The position numbers and the translations under genes were made by a program. The notes below the pieces were generated by a model that had not been told where the DNA came from, searched no databases, and saw nothing but the letters and a program-made list of their open reading frames with translations. From Marsupella aquatica (Eukaryota; Plantae; Marchantiophyta): a stretch of 64,000 nt of DNA. The stretch's first letter is position 1. Every line of letters starts with the position of its first letter. Shown one piece after another: positions 61,905 through 64,000 of this stretch. Where the stretch lies: the NCBI GenBank assembly GCA_973895155.1, contig OZ316895.1, forward strand, positions 8,110,184-8,174,183, in the 5' to 3' direction.

Positions 61905-62285
61905 TACCCGGGTTACCTATCACCCGGACTGGGTTACCCCGGTGACCTACTGTAGTTTGCCCGTTTGCTGTGGAGCTTAAAACACCATTGGCCATACGAA
62001 AAGAGAAGTGTCCAAGACTTCTCACCTGAGGCTTTGCTAAACAATTTTAGGAAAAAAACTAGAAATGTTGAAATCTTGTGGTACCAGGTTTTTGTCATGG
62101 CTAGTGGCTCTTTAAGTGGGCTCTTCACTCCACCTATTACCTGGGGTGTGCATTACCTGATTGACCTAATTTACCCATTTGCTGTGGAGCTGAGCTTTAC
62201 AGGTCTCTTCACCCGACCTGTTACCCGGAGTGTGTTACCAGGTGACCTATTTTACCTGTTTCCTGTGGAGCTTTACAGGATCTTT
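61905..62285. repeat. Degenerate ~80-90-bp repeat, three copies
   Basis: ttacc...tgaccta....cc.ttt.ctgtggagct recurs, ending at ~61978, ~62190 and ~62272. Confidence 0.7.
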
Positions 62286-62455
62286 GACCGACCTTGGACC
62301 ATTTTCTATGGTCTTCTGCAGTACATCATGTTGATCAGAGGCTTTATTCCCCAATGTTTGTCATCCCGATCTCATTTTTCAGACAGCAAGTGTCTCTTGC
62401 ACTCTGGAGGACTCAGACATTCACTATTTTTTGTTGGGGTGGGGCGGTTGGTGCT

Positions 62456-62787
62456 TGTTAGAGTTGACTCTAGTCTTGGATTAACTTCTAGTTACTTACT
62501 TAGGCTAAACCACCATTAGGGTGGTAATGGTGATTAGCTGCAACTCTTGCATCTAGCATACTAAGGGGCTAGGGAGAGCTCGTCTTGGAATCATGCTCAT
62601 ATTTGAGAGAGCTAGCTAGGTGCTAGGAGGAGAGCTTGTACTAGGATGTTGGCCATGGTGGCCAAAGCTTAGTATAGCTCTTGTGTGTTCCCATGGATGT
62701 AGCCTTGGCGGAGGTGAACCACTTGGCATCAATGTGTGCATGTTTGCTGGTGGTGCTCATGGTTGTATCGTGTCGGTTTTCCCACCA
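62456..62787 (+). mobile_element. Old solo LTR of a related Copia family, ~332 bp
   Basis: Starts tgttagagttgactctagtctt. Shares agctcttgtgtgttcccatgga and ggaggtgaaccac with the 344-bp LTR. Ends CA; flanks GTGCT/GTGTT. Confidence 0.85.
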
Positions 62788-64000
62788 GTGTTAGGGTATG
62801 TAGTTTGTGGAATGTAGTCAGATTCCACAGACTACTTGACCCTCCTATACAGTTCACCTTGGACCTTTACCAGCTCTTCAGTTTTATTACCAAATGGTAG
62901 AATTATGGACTTCAGCTTACCAAATTGTAGAATTGTGGGTTTTCTGTTCTTTGTTGTTTTTGCCGTGGGCCTCTTCCTGGGTCACTTGGGGTTTTGGCTC
63001 TTTGGTTGCCCCCCCCCCTGAATTTTAGAGACTCACCCTACCCTCAATGTGTACTTTTCATTGGCACTCCCAATGAAGGTTCTAGAGGTATATGCTTGAT
63101 GGAACCCCAAAATGAAGTGTGACTTGATGGACCCCATAAGTGATCTAGACCGTTGATAGACCTTAATGCAACATACCCAAAACCTCATGGGGTTTGTTGG
63201 GGAGAAAGCCATGGTTTGGGGTACCTCTAACTTACTCCTTAGAGTCACTATCTAGAAGGTTAGTTGTAGACCCTGAACTCTGAATTGTAATTATTTGATT
63301 ATGATTATGGAGTGAAAATAAAATTTATCGGGCATGCTCTTAAACCACAACTACATGTATAAGAGGTATGGGTCACCCGTAGCCCTCGTTATACAATGTA
63401 CACATCCAGGTTCACTAGCAATGTACTTGGGCTCCACTTTTTAAGGTAAGTACACTCTTCATTAGGGGACATGAATGAGTAGTAGCTGGGCAGGAATGGG
63501 CCCTTTAAATGGGCAGGTTTGGTTTCTTGGTAACTTTTCATAATATTTATTAAGTTTTTGATAAGCTGCTCATAATGGTAATTTTTCTTGCCATCTTTAA
63601 TTTTTAATTTATTCTATGACATTTTTTGGGGTCATGTAACCCTTTTTAATTTTTATTAGAATCATATTTTGGTTCATAATTCCATCAAATTGTGTATTCA
63701 TTATGTATCACTTGTGTGAGGAGGCATGTATAGACCTGTATAATTGTGCATCATCCCATGTGAAGCAAGTTTGTAAAGCTATGTTAAGGGTGGATCTGCA
63801 AGAAAGTTTTATTTGCAAATTAATGTCAATATTGTTTTGCCAAAACCCTAAACACACCTCTTTCTTACTCTACTAACCCTGTTGGATGATGTGTTGGCCT
63901 TGATAATGAATACACACTAAAGACATGATTTATCATCACTAACGCTTCATGTTAAATCTATGCCTAATCATGACCTCTGTACAACTAGAGCATAAACCAA

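Noticed and set aside
61965-62519. 184-aa plus-strand ORF
   Set aside because: Spans degenerate repeats and runs into a solo LTR; non-ATG start and no motif.

Overview
Land-plant nuclear DNA, probably from a bryophyte-grade plant (inferred from the PLS-PPR repeat style and compact genes; not proven). The first 16 kb is a heat-shock gene cluster: an intronless cytosolic HSP70 (minus strand, cut by the window start) and three class-I-like small HSP genes. They form two head-to-head pairs whose spacers hold Copia LTR debris, MITEs and tandem repeats. Next come an RBM7-like RRM gene and a PLS-type PPR gene. Two full-length but decayed Ty1/Copia elements of one family (344-bp LTRs, 26.8-40.1 kb) sit about 300 bp apart in one purine-rich host tract. 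The last 22 kb holds a 4-exon strictosidine-synthase-like gene, a 7-exon HNH endonuclease gene, a membrin SNARE gene and an old solo LTR. The best leads are the HSP cluster architecture, an in-frame TGA in a hairpin between gag and pol in both Copia copies, a TIR element joining two non-matching Copia pieces, and a MITE with an atypical target-site duplication. All alignments and counts were done by eye, so ends may be off by a few bases.
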